Positions 25,313-37,335 are shown, counted from the first letter of the whole stretch. The stretch is 63,843 bases of DNA, filler included, from Reclinomonas americana ATCC 50394 (GCA_048213135.1; 8 parts of 5 records of this genome joined end to end with filler, not necessarily neighbours in it), one strand, 5' to 3'. Numbers and translations: made by a program. The notes: generated by a model from the sequence alone, not told the origin.

Positions 25313-26414
25313 TTAATATCTTTGGTAATCGGCGCCCTCGGGTGCCACTGGGTCGCCGACCTGTGTGTAGTGTGGGCACAGAGGCAAAGGAAGGGGGAAA
25401 AGGGGGGAAGGGGGAAAGAAGGGGAAGGGGGTACGAAACGTAGAGTTGCGTAAAGTCGTCCAGTAGGTAGACGTTGCCTGGGGGGGGGGATGTGAGTGAT
25501 GAGGGGAAAGAGGAGAAGCAGAGAGAGAGAGAGAGAGAGAGGAGGGGGAGGGGGAGGAGGAGGAGAGGAGGGACGGACGANNNNNNNNNNNNNNNNNNNN
25601 NNNNNNNNNNNNNNNNNNNNNNNNNNNNNNNNNNNNNNNNNNNNNNNNNNNNNNNNNNNNNNNNNNNNNNNNNNNNNNNNNNNNNNNNNNNNNNNNNNNN
25701 NNNNNNNNNNNNNNNNNNNNNNNNNNNNNNNNNNNNNNNNNNNNNNNNNNNNNNNNNNNNNNNNNNNNNNNNNNNNNNNNNNNNNNNNNNNNNNNNNNNN
25801 NNNNNNNNNNNNNNNNNNNNNNNNNNNNNNNNNNNNNNNNNNNNNNNNNNNNNNNNNNNNNNNNNNNNNNNNNNNNNNNNNNNNNNNNNNNNNNNNNNNN
25901 NNNNNNNNNNNNNNNNNNNNNNNNNNNNNNNNNNNNNNNNNNNNNNNNNNNNNNNNNNNNNNNNNNNNNNNNNNNNNNNNNNNNNNNNNNNNNNNNNNNN
26001 NNNNNNNNNNNNNNNNNNNNNNNNNNNNNNNNNNNNNNNNNNNNNNNNNNNNNNNNNNNNNNNNNNNNNNNNNNNNNNNNNNNNNNNNNNNNNNNNNNNN
26101 NNNNNNNNNNNNNNNNNNNNNNNNNNNNNNNNNNNNNNNNNNNNNNNNNNNNNNNNNNNNNNNNNNNNNNNNNNNNNNNNNNNNNNNNNNNNNNNNNNNN
26201 NNNNNNNNNNNNNNNNNNNNNNNNNNNNNNNNNNNNNNNNNNNNNNNNNNNNNNNNNNNNNNNNNNNNNNNNNNNNNNNNNNNNNNNNGTAGGTCCGGAG
26301 GCGGTGGAGAGTGACGCGAGTAAGCGGTAATGGCAGTGGCAGTGCGCCACGTTCCGTGGATGTCAATCGCCAAACATCTCCCACTTCGTTCGGCTCTGTT
26401 CCGAAGGTGACCAT
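25313..26414 (-). CDS. Small hypothetical protein interrupted by an N gap
   Basis: Putative exons MVTFGTEPNEVGDVWRL..., GNVYLLDDFTQLY and VGDPVAPEGADYQRY*; the last two have polypyrimidine/AG acceptors. Confidence 0.3.
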
Positions 26415-26568
26415 CGCCAGTGCATGTCTTTAGGGCAGCAGCAGGTTTTCTTGTGTGTGTGTGTTCGCTCTCGGAGCTCCGAACAAGTCGACAGCGATGG
26501 TATTCCAGCGCTGAGCCACAACGCCAGTTCACTCCTCGTGCCATTGGCTCAATTCACTTACTTTGATC

Positions 26569-29500
26569 TCAGAGTTCCAGCGTAAACTGCCCACACGCCT
26601 CCCTCAGTGCGCGCATGACATCCAGCACCTCCTGCGAGGTCGGCCTGTCAGGGCGCATCGTCATGCATCGCATGCCGAGTTCAAACATCGGCTCAGCGAT
26701 GCGTGGCGTCCACTCTGCTCCGCCGTCCACCAGTTCCATGGGGCGTAGTGAGGCGGCACCGGAACGATCCCATGCCACGGACCAATCAACGACGGTAGAG
26801 ACGGGCTTGCCGGTGACCAGCTGCACCAGCACAATACCCGTGCTGTACACGTCGTGCTCTGGGTGCGGGCGACGCATGCGCATCGCCATTGGGTCCATGT
26901 AGTCCAGAGTGCCGGCGGCGGTCGTGGTCTACGAGGAGAGAGAAGGTGAGAATGAGAAAGAGAGAGAAGGAGAAGGACCCCAACACACTTTGCCATCTGC
27001 AATCGACCTCGCAATGCCAAAGTCACCGAGACATGGCTCGAAACGGTGATCGAGGAGCACATTGGAGGGCTTGATGTCGCGATGCACCACATTGTTCTGC
27101 GAGCGGAGGTGAGTGAGGTGAGGGACAAAGCATGAAAACACAACTGAAGGGTATGTGGAGAACGCATAATGCTGTCAGAGACAAAAACAACAATAGAGTG
27201 ACAAGGAGAGTAGAGAGATTATGAGCGCAAGCAGAAAGAGAGCAAGGGTGGAGAATGAGCGAGAATGAGAGAGACAGAGAAAAGAGTGCGGAGGTGGAGA
27301 ACACGAGAGACTGAGAGAAACAACACAAAAAGAGTGACAAGGAGAAAGAAAGAGAAGAGGCACACACAAAGAGCGAGTGTGAGGAGTGACCAAGAGGGAG
27401 AATGAGAGAGAAAAAAGTGCGGAGGTGGAGAACACGAGACTGAGAGAAATGACACAAAAAGAGTGACAAGGAGAGAAGAGAGATAATGAGTGCAGGCAGA
27501 AAGAGCGAGTATGAGGAGTGGGGAAGGACAGCACGAGAAACTGGGAAATACGAGACGAAGTGACAGAGCGAAGAAGAGAAGAGTGGAGAACGCAAAGATA
27601 GAGCAAGGGCGACGGAAAGGGAGAATGGGATGGAGGATTGCATCTACATCGCACAAACCTTGTGCAGGAATGCCACAGCCTCGGCCAGTCCGAGACCAAT
27701 TTGCACACGCTGCACGACCGTGAGTGGTGCACGACCGGCGCGTGGCAGCAGCAACAGATCCTCCAGGTTGGGAACTCTGTGTGCTTTCACAATGAGGTGA
27801 TGATGGATAGAAGGAAGAGAGATGGACACGCACTGCAGGGCCTTGTACACGAGACAGCGTGCCTTGTCGTCGCCCACCGAGTAGCCGACAAGAGGCACAA
27901 TGCGACGATCACGCAGGCGTCCGAGGGTAGCGACCTGTGAGGATGGGGAAGATGGATGAGGGGAGAGAGAAGAAACAGGAGAGAAGGAGAGACACAGACC
28001 TCGCTCTCAAACGACTCCATCGTCCATGGTGCGTCGGGGTCGAGCACCTTGATGGCCACATGCATCTCGCGAAGCAATGCGATGAAGACGGCACCCTGGC
28101 CACCCTCGCCAACCTTGAGGCGTGGGGAGAATGAATTGGTGGCGTGCACGATCTCGGGCCACTCGAAACGCTGCACGGCAGTGTCGACTGTGGACGGCAT
28201 GATGGGAAGTGAGATATTGGTGAGAATGAAGGACGTTGAACATCGATATGAAGAAAGAAAGGGAGAGGCAAACAACAGACCTTGGGCGAGGAGAAGATCC
28301 TGTCGCAGCTGGGAGACGAGTTGATCCTTTTCTTGCAGCTGTGTGGTGAGGTCGTCCTTCTCGCGCAGTGCTGCAGTGAGCTGAGCCTGCAGTTGGCAGT
28401 GAGCTTGCTGCCATTCTGTCACAGTCCGTTGAAGTTGGGAATTCTGCTCCTCCTTCTCGGCCTTGCCTTGCTGCAGCTCCGTGATGGCTTGTCGCAGCTG
28501 GGCATTCCTTTCGAGCTCCTCAACCTTGCTTCGTTCAAACTCTACATTCGCTCGCTGCAGATCGGCGACGACATGTTCGTGCTCTTGCCGCTGCCGCTCC
28601 CACTCCAGCTGCTGCAGCTCTCGCTCCTGCTGTGCTGCTTGAAGATCGCGATGGAGTTGTGCATTGAGTGCATAAACACCGGCGAGCTGGCGTGCCACGG
28701 TGGGAGCATCAGCCGCCTGCACAGCAATAAGATACGGCGTGAGCGGGCGAAAGCGACAAGGAATGAACGCAGGAGTGACAAGGACACTTGAAGATTACTC
28801 GTCGTCGCACCTGGCGTGCTGGCGGTGCGTCTGTGAAGGGATAACAAGGCGGAAAGTGAACGCGAGGAGTATGAAGAACACATCGTCGTACCCGACAAAA
28901 TATCACACCTGCTGGCGGAGGAGATCGCATCTGTTGTTGTTGTTGTTGTTGACGGGGTAGTGGAGGCCGCGCCGCGAGGCGGTCAAGCAACTCGGCTACC
29001 TGCTGCTTTCTCGCGTCCCGTGCCATTTGCGCTGCTGTCTTGCCCAGCTTGTTGACCATCGGCACAAGATCGGGACAACGAGTGGTGAGGAGTCGCACAA
29101 CGGCTTTGTGGCCTCCCCAGGCAGCATAGTGCAGTGCAGTGGACTGCGAATTGATGGCGCGGTCATTGGAGACCGCCCGCACCATCTCCGGCGGACATCG
29201 TCGCTCATCTGCCAGCAACCACTCCACCACGTGAAGATACCCATAGGTGGCAGCCGCCGTCAGTGGCGAGTAGCCACCGTCGTCGACCATTTGTGCGAGT
29301 CGTGGCCCGACGCCACTCTCCTCCCACAAATACTCCAACACAGAGAGACGACCTTGTGCAGCGGCCCAGAGAAATGCCGAGCCGCCCTCATACATCTCCT
29401 CTCTCTCCAGCAGAGAGTGTGCGCCCTCACGCGCCACCAACTCGCACAGTGCTTTCACATTGCCCTCCATTGCTAAAACCCACGCTTTCTTCCGAAGAGC

Positions 29501-29589
29501 ACTGCCACCAAAGAGGCAAAAGCAGAAGCGCGAGTGAGAGTGAGAAACAGAGAGTGAATGCCAACTGACATAATCACCGCACACCTCAT
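26569..29589 (-). CDS. Ankyrin array copy 1: ANK repeats - coiled coil - RLK/Pelle (IRAK-like) protein kinase
   Basis: 5-nt first exon ATGAG, ANK exon, Q/E-rich coiled coil, then kinase FEWPEIVHATNSFSPRLKVGEGGQGAVF...VAIK...HRDIKPSNVLLD...DFGIAR...GTLDYMDP...DVYSTGIVLVQLVTGK...DRPT. Confidence 0.9.
27200..27600. repeat. Intronic ~130-bp degenerate tandem repeat (about three copies)
   Basis: gtgcggaggtggagaacacgaga...actgagagaaa...acacaaaaagagtgacaaggag recurs inside a kinase intron. Confidence 0.7.
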
Positions 29590-30085
29590 TTTCTTTGATC
29601 CCGAGACTGGAGGGAAATAACAGTAACGCTCTCTCTCTCCCTCTCTCACACACACGAACACACTGTGCCGTCTCTTTGCACACTCAGCTTCGTCTTCGTC
29701 TTTTTTCCGAGCGTCCTGCTCCACGACGGACAGTGATTGCATAGTGGCGACGTTGTGTGTCGCAACTCGCGAGTGGAGTCTGGAACAGCTTCATCGCATG
29801 ATACACACAATCAAGCTATGATGGCAAACTTGGGGGTTGGTGATACGTTCAAGTCGGCAGCACGCAATCAAGATATCGATCCGCTTCGCAGTGCGCGTCA
29901 AACAAACAAAACACTTCATTCACCACATTCCAATAATGCGATAAAAGCCCACAAATCCCTTGCCGACAATGACCTATTAAATGCATCCACCGCTGCATCT
30001 CTTGGCCGTGTCAGTCCTTCCGCAATTCCTTGAATCATTTCACATACGTTCGCCTCAACGCTTCCGCGAATTGTCGGACTTGGGC

Positions 30086-31222
30086 TTACTCCTTCTCATG
30101 CAGCTGCGCCACAAGATCGTCCCTGTCACGCAAGGCAGCAGTCAATTGAGCCTGCAGTTGACCATGAGCTCGCTGCCACTCCGCGTTGGCTTGCTGAAGC
30201 TGGGCAACGACGTCCTCGTATTCCCTACGTTGTCGATCCCACTCCCGTTGCTGCTGTTCTCGCTCCTGCAGTGCGGCGGCAAGATCGCGCTGGAGTTGAG
30301 CAAGGAGTGCGTCCTTCTCGGCCAGTTGGCGTGCCATTGCCGACTCATCGATAACCGCCTGTACAGAAGGCAAATGTGACACGAGAGTGCGAGGGAAACA
30401 TGAAACGCACGCGAAAACGAGTAGGAACATAAGCAGATGCAGAATGGCTCTCTCCGTCTCACCTGTCGCGCCAGCTCTGCATGTTCCGCAACGTCACACC
30501 AAGACACACATGGCGGAGTGTAAGCAACAACAGAGTGAATCACACAACGCGCTAACAGAAAGATGAGACAGCACCTGAAGGTGCAGGAGTCTGTGGCTGT
30601 TGCGCAGCGAGGCGATCAAGCAACTCGGCCACTTGCTGCTTGCCCTTGTCACGTGCCGCCTCAGCCGCTGTCTTGCCCGCCTTGTCGACCATCGGAACGA
30701 GGTTGGGAAAGCGAGTGGCGAGGAGGCGCACAATGTCTTCGTGGCCTTGCCGAGCAGCCTCATGCAGCGCAGTGGACTGTGGAGTCACAGCACCATCATT
30801 GGAGACCGCCCGCACCATCTCCGCCGGACATCGTCGCTCATCTGCGAGCAGCCACTCCACTGCGCAAAGACGCCCACAGTAGGCAGCCGTCATTAGCGGA
30901 GTCCAACCATAGTCGTCAACCTGCAGTGCGAGTTGTGGTCCCACGCCACTCTCCTCCCACAAGTACTCCAACACGGGAACGTGGTCCTCTTGAGCGGCAC
31001 AGAGATACGCAGAGCAGCCGGCATCAAGCATCTCCGCTCTCTTCAGCAGAGTGTGTGCGCCCTCACGCGCCACCAACTCGCGCAGTGCCTCCACGTCGCC
31101 ATCAATTGCCATCTCCCATGCTTTCCTCAGACGAAAACTGTCGCACAAAGAGGCAAAAGCAGAAGCGCGAGTGAGAGTGAGAGAAAGAGAATGCCACCTG
31201 ACAGCATCACAGCATACCTCAT
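30086..31222 (-). CDS. Ankyrin array copy 2: ANK repeats - short coiled coil, no catalytic domain
   Basis: Same exon layout as copy 1 (ATGAG exon, ANK exon, 14-nt micro-exon ELARQ, coiled-coil exon), ending ...LVAQLHEKE* at 30086. Confidence 0.75.
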
Positions 31223-31728
31223 TTTCTTCAATCTCGAGGCGGAAGAGAAACGACACCAACTCTCTCTCTCTCTCTTTCACACACTGCGCCTTCCCTTCAC
31301 ACACGCTCTGCCGTTTCGATCGCCGTTTCCCCGACTGTTGTTGCGAGCGTCCTGGACGGACGACGTCGCGCTTGCATCGCTCGGTTGTCATAAAAAAAAA
31401 ACACTTCATTTACCACATTCCGATAATGCGACAAACGCCGACAAATCCCTTGCCGACAATGACCTTGGCACACCAACAATATATAAACACATTGTACTTC
31501 TCCAACAGTCATCTAGATCTTCCCTTTCAGGAGGCAAAGCCAAAAAAACGCATACTATATATATATGCATCCCCGCCTTCTCCAAACAAAACACTTCATT
31601 CACTTTGTGAATGAAACCCACTGCACATTCACTGCTCATCTGTGCGAGAGAAAACACAAACGTGGAGTGTGAACACGCACGCACAACGTGGCAGCAGTTG
31701 ACGAGAGAGTGCACACCTGCAGTTGTTC

Positions 31729-32360
31729 CTATTGCTCCTCGGCAAGTCGATCGAGCAACTCGGCCACTTTGTTCTCGTCACTCTCGCGTGCCAGCTGCGC
31801 CGCCGTCTTGCCTTTTTTGTTGACCATGGGAATGAGGTCGGGAAATCGAGTGGCGAGGAGTCGCACAATGGCTTTGCGGCCCATCTTTGCAGCATAATGC
31901 ATTGCGGTGGACTGCTTAGACGAAGCACGGTCATTGGTGACCGCCCGCACCATCTCCGGCGAACATCGTCGCTCATCGGCAAGCAACCACTCCACGACTT
32001 GCAGACGGTCTCCGGAAGCAGCGGCCATCAGTGGCGTCCATCCTTCGCCGTTGAGCAGTTGTGCGAGTTGAGGTCCGACGCCGCTCTCCTCCCACAAGTA
32101 CTCCAACACTGGCAAATGGCCCCGCCAACAGGCACGGAGAAATGCCGAGCTGCCATGCCTATCAATCTCCTCTCTCATAAGCAGAGTCTCGGCGCCCTCA
32201 TACGCCACCAACTCGCGCAGTGCCGCCACATCGCCCTCATCCGCCATCTCCCATGCTCGCTTCCGAGGGTCACTGCCACCAAAGAGGCAAACGCAGAAGC
32301 GCGAGTGAGAGTGAGAAACAGAGAGTGAACGCCAACTGACATAATCACAGCACACCTCAT
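31729..32360 (-). CDS. Ankyrin array copy 3: ANK-only (premature TAG; possible decoy or pseudogene)
   Basis: The ANK exon is intact, but a TAG at 31729-31731 lies four codons before the conserved cag|gt donor, and no coiled-coil exon follows. Confidence 0.7.
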
Positions 32361-32742
32361 TTTCTTTGATCCCGAGGCGGAAGGGAAACGACACCAACTC
32401 TCTCTCTCACACACACACACGAACACACTGCACCGTCTCTTAGCCTTCGTCTTCGTCTTTTTTCCGAGTGTCCTGATTCATGACGGACAGTGATTGTGTG
32501 CGACGTCGTGTTCTCGACTGATCTGTGGAGTCTGAAATGCTTCATCACACGGTACGCAGTCAACTTTTGCTTCCTGACATGCTCTTGCGAAGAGGCGACA
32601 GAGTTTTGTTGCGATACCACGCGTAAGAGATCAGTGCACTTCGAGAAGGCGATCAACTCTCTTGTTAACATATTCCAAGGCTGCCTGCAATGCAGTGCAC
32701 TCATCACGTGACTTCCTGTGGCTCATTTCACTTGCTTTCACC

Positions 32743-32830
32743 TCACAGTTCCAACGTAAACTGCCCACACGCCTCGTGCAGGGCGCATGGTCCTGCAGCG
32801 CATGCCGAGCTTGACATGGGTTCGGCGACT
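32743..32830 (-). pseudogene. Relic of the RLK/Pelle kinase C-terminus
   Basis: Reads VAEPM../KLGMRCRTMRP../HEACGQFTLEL*, matching copy 1 IAEPMFELGMRCMTMRP...REACGQFTLEL* (26569-26700) with a frameshift and a deletion. Confidence 0.85.
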
Positions 32831-32856
32831 AATCCACACCGGCGGTCCAGCTCGCA

Positions 32857-35800
32857 CTATGACGACCCAGCCACCGCTCCTACTCCTCCTTGCACTGGCG
32901 TCGCCTCACACAATCGCCTCAGCTCGTCGAGCACGTATATTGCCGACACGCGAGTTGCTTGAGGCCTCTGCACCACACGCAATCAATGAACAATCCTCCA
33001 TTCCCTTGCACCCCATCTGTCTCCCATGCGCAACCCAGCACTGCCGAATCAGACTGCGAATGTCCTCTGGCACGGCTGCCCGCACTTCATCGTCGTCCAG
33101 GTCGCCCGGCAAAACGCCGTCATGCATTCGACGCATGATGGCTGGTAGCGCCACTCCACTGAATGGCTCGCGGCGAGTTGCAATTAACCAAAGCAGGGAA
33201 CCGAGTCCATAAACATCCGCTCTTTCATCATACTGCGAGTGGTCAAAGGAGTGAGTCCACCTATTTTGAGAGGGACCGAGAGAAGGCTAATCACTCACCT
33301 GCTGTTCCAACATGGCCTCTGGCGCAGCATACGCCGCTGTTCCGTGATTCGACTGCATCTTGCCGAGAGTGCCGTGAATCTTGGCCTCCCCAAAGTCACA
33401 CACCTTGGCCACGAGTCGATCCTCGCTGATGAGAATGTCTGCGGACATTTAGGGAGGAGGTAAGGGGAGAGGGCGAAATGCAATCGGGGAATGAGAGCGG
33501 ATAAAGAAGCTTGATTGACAACGAAGAGACTCTTCCTGCCCCGCTGAGTCACTCTCGTCGTCATCACAGAAAACGACAGCGGGAAAAGCTCGCCGAATAA
33601 GTCGAAGGGAATATCCACCTTCTTCGCTTGACGGAATCTGAGTTATCTCTCTCGCTCACTCACATCACTTTCTCTCCATCTTCAGTCACCCTCCGTGACA
33701 CGCAACTCTGCGGCTTGAGATCCCGATGCACCACTCGACGAGAGTGCATGTACACCACCGCCGATGCCACTTGCAAGAGCAGGCTGAGCAGATGCTGTGT
33801 CGTCGTGCGCTCATCCTTCACCAGGTCGTGCAGCGTCTCGGCGTTTCCTTCCTCGCCTTCTTGACCGACATACTCGAGAACGAGAGCGAGGCCGTTACGG
33901 TCGTCGTCGCAAACGGCCACCAGTTTCACAATGTGCGGATGGCTGTGCGCGCAGGTACATGAGTGACGGTGATGAGCATTCAAGTGAGATTACGAAGAAT
34001 GCACGCAACTCGAGCTGCATAAGCAGTGAATGTTCGTTCTCGAAGCAATCTCGAATGCGCCTCCAGTCCACTGACTGCGAAACGCGTGCTTGCTGCCTGA
34101 CAAAGTAGCGCTTGTACGCCACGGTCTGCGAGTTGCCACCGAGTCGGAGAGTGGCGTGGAAGACGGCATTCTGGGCTGAAGTATAGACATATATCAGACG
34201 AGCCTAGACTACTGCCAACAAAAGCGAAACCCTCACCAATGGCGAGCTGTCTTGTCGATAGTTCGAGTTCCGAGAAAGGCACAACAGGCGCACGAATGGC
34301 GAATCTCGCTGCTCTCTCCGTCACCAACTCGGCCGTCACGTTGATACGACACACATCTGTGCACGAGGAGAATGAGATGAGAGAACGAAGAAATCAATGG
34401 CAAGTGCAGTCGCAACTCTCGTATGCTTGAAATAGCAGACGAATGCTCTCGTGCGATCCATCGGGGAACAGCGTGTGGAGCGAATCACGCACCAGCCGCA
34501 TGACGCTCACGTACTCTGCGTCCTCGAGTGCAGATAGACGGGCCAGGTGAGACACGCGATGGCGCACATCCCTCAAGCTCTCCACGGCTCGAATCTACGA
34601 ATGAAAAAATCAAGTGAGAACACAATAGCACGCAGACATGTGCACAACATGAAAAAAGAAAGCACGAACAAGGAGAGCAGAAACGCAGAGTGTAGGACTC
34701 CTCATCCTCCGTCCTCCTTCTTTCGTTCCCCTCTAATGCTGCCCTCCCTCCTTCACTCCTCTGTCTTCTTGTGCTCTCCCCTCCTTCCCTCACACCTTGG
34801 CGTCGTCAGCAAGCAAGCGCACTGCCAGTCGATCTTCGTTTGTGACGGGATCCAGACGAATGCCACTCTTCAGCAGATCCTCATCCCGACAGGCAGCACG
34901 AGGAATAAATGTGATATACAACAGCAGAGTGCTCAGCAGTGACACATCCATGCCCGTGGTCACTCCACTCCCCTTGAATGTGCGAATGGCTTCGCGGTTG
35001 GAAGGGAACAACTCGACGGAGCGCATGCGAATGTTGCCGCGCTTGTCCAGCGTCATTCGGCAGTATCTGTGAGGCAGAATGAGTGGAGATGGCAACAGCG
35101 CAGCTTGACGACATGTCGAGCACCTTGGTGGTGGAGATGGCAGGCAGAGTTGCTCAATGTCGAATTCGCCAGGGAAGAAGTCAGTGACGAGTTGGTGCAG
35201 GAGGGAGCCGAGAGCCAGTGGAATGATTTCGTGCACGACTTCGGTGAGCATCAAGATTGGACGACGGTCACTGTGCATGCAAGAGAGAAGTGAGAAAGAA
35301 GGTCGTGCACACGAGGCAAAGAAGCTGTCCAATAGGAACCTGAGAAAGTCCATGTGGAAGAGGGCGCGCAGCTGGCATTCCATCTCATCCACCCTCCGTC
35401 GGAGCTGATCGCGTTCTTTGGCAAGATTGGCAAGCTGCGCACGAAGAGCATTCCTCTCGACAGTGGTGACGTTTGCGACACGCTCAGCGTCAGTGAGAGC
35501 TTGTTGGAGCTGACTGCGACCGGCCGTGAGCGACTCAACAACAGCTTGGGTGGTAGCCAGTTCTTCGGTGCGCGAATGATATTCGGCAGAGATGGCCGCG
35601 ACGGTGGCTTGAGATGCGGCAAAGTACTCGGCGAGTTGGTCACGCTCCGCAGTGACATTCGCTGTGGAACCGTAAAGTGAGGAACGAAAGACGGATCACG
35701 AGCACACAACAAAATCAGCCTGGCGAAACGAACCGAGGGTACGATCTTTCTCAGCCAGCTGGGTGGAGAGTCGATCCCTCTCGGACTGCAACTGGGCATT

Positions 35801-36870
35801 CTTCTGCTGCTCTTCGGCGTTGGCTCGCTGCAGCTGAGCGACAATGTCCTCGTGCTTTCGTCGCTGCCGGTCCCACTCCCGCTGTTGCTGCTCCCGCTCC
35901 TGTTGTGCTGCGGCAAGGTCGTGTTGGAGTTGGGCGAGGAGTGCGTCCTTGTCGGCGAGCTGGCGTGCGACGGTGGGATCATCATCAACCGACTGCAATT
36001 TACGAGAGTGCGAGGGAGACACGGAACGGATGTGAGAAGTGAGTTTCACGAGCAACAAGAAGCAGAGAGTGGCACTCTCCGTCTCACCTGGCGTGCTGGC
36101 ACTGCATCATATTCGCCAGAAACGACACACAAGGACAAACACAGGCGTGGAGCGTGAGCACGAACACAATATGCCAATAGACATAGAGGTCATACCTGCA
36201 GGAGGCGGGGATCGCGGCTGCTGTTGTTGTTGTCGGCGTGGTGGTGCTGGTTGCGCAGCAAGGCGATCGAGCAAGTCGGCCACTTTTGGATTGTAGGTGT
36301 CGCGTGCCCACTGAGCCGCCGTGTTGCCCTCCTTGTTGACCATGGGAATGAGGTCGGGAAAGCGAGTGGCGAGGAGTCGCACAACGGCTTCGTGGCCATA
36401 TGCGGCAGCCCAATGCAGTGCAGTGGACTGTGGATATTCGGCACTGTCATTGGTGACCGCCTGCACCATCTCCGGCGGACATCGTCGCTCATCGGCAAGC
36501 AACCACTCCACCACTTGCAGATGCCCTCCGCCGGCGGCCACCATCAGCGGCGTCCAGCCATAGAAGTCGACCATTTGTGCGAGTTGTGGCCCGACACCAC
36601 TCTCCTCCCACAAATACTCCAACACAGAGAGATGGCCTTTGTAAGCGGCACAGTAAAATGCCGACTGGCGACGATCATCCATCTCCTCTCTCTTCAGCAG
36701 AGAGTGTGCGCCCTCACGCGCCACCAACTCGCGCAGTGCATTCACATCGCCATCCAGCGCCATCTCGAATGCTTTCTTGCGACGAGCACTGCCACCAAAG
36801 AGGCAAAAGCAGATGCGCGAGTGAGAGTGAGCGAGAGAATGCAACCTGACAACATCACAGCGCACCTCAT
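32857..36870 (-). CDS. Ankyrin array copy 4: ANK repeats - long coiled coil - putative HEPN RNase domain - TKL-like protein kinase
   Basis: ANK and coiled-coil exons are paralogous to copies 1-2. A helical domain follows with MDVSLLSTLL and IRAVESLRDVRHRVSHL, then a kinase VAYK...HPHIVKL...HRDLKPQNILI...KVCDFG...GTAAYAAPE...ADVYGLGSLLWLIATRREPF...CW. The exons join in frame with GT-AG introns. Confidence 0.8.
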
Positions 36871-37335
36871 TTTCTTTGAGAGAAAACAACAGCGTGCTCT
36901 CTCTCTCTCGCACACACACTCTCCTTCACACACACACGCCCTCTCTGCCTCGCGCACTGCCTTGATCTGCTTGCCTTTTTTTCTGCGTGTCCTCTTGCTT
37001 GGCGGACAGTGATTGCAATGCGATGTCGGAATTCTCTTGCCACGATTGCACGACAGATCCATGAACTTCTGCAACGCTCCACCACATGTACTGTCTTCCT
37101 TCGCCACTGCTGCTTTACAGCGCGAAGTCGCACCCATTTTCCTCATCACTTCTGCTCTGCTTCTCCTCCCTCCCCCTTTCCCCTTCCTCCCCCCTCTCCC
37201 CCTTCCCTCACCACCACCAATCGATTATACTTGAACAATAAAAAACAAACAAAAAACAACACTCCCATCTACGCACACTCTCCTCTCCCCCAACCCACCC
37301 CCACCCGAGCATGCACAAACACCCATCCCTCCTCC

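Noticed and set aside
30000..31731. Possible stop-codon reassignment suggested by in-frame TAA/TAG in ankyrin copies 2 and 3
   Set aside because: TAA, TAG and TGA all end conserved genes at the expected positions elsewhere in the window (FabF TAA, kinase TAG, RPA12 TGA).
26569..36870. Diversity-generating retroelement or transposon as the source of ankyrin variation
   Set aside because: No reverse transcriptase, transposase or template/variable repeat pair is seen, and the substitutions do not appear adenine-specific.
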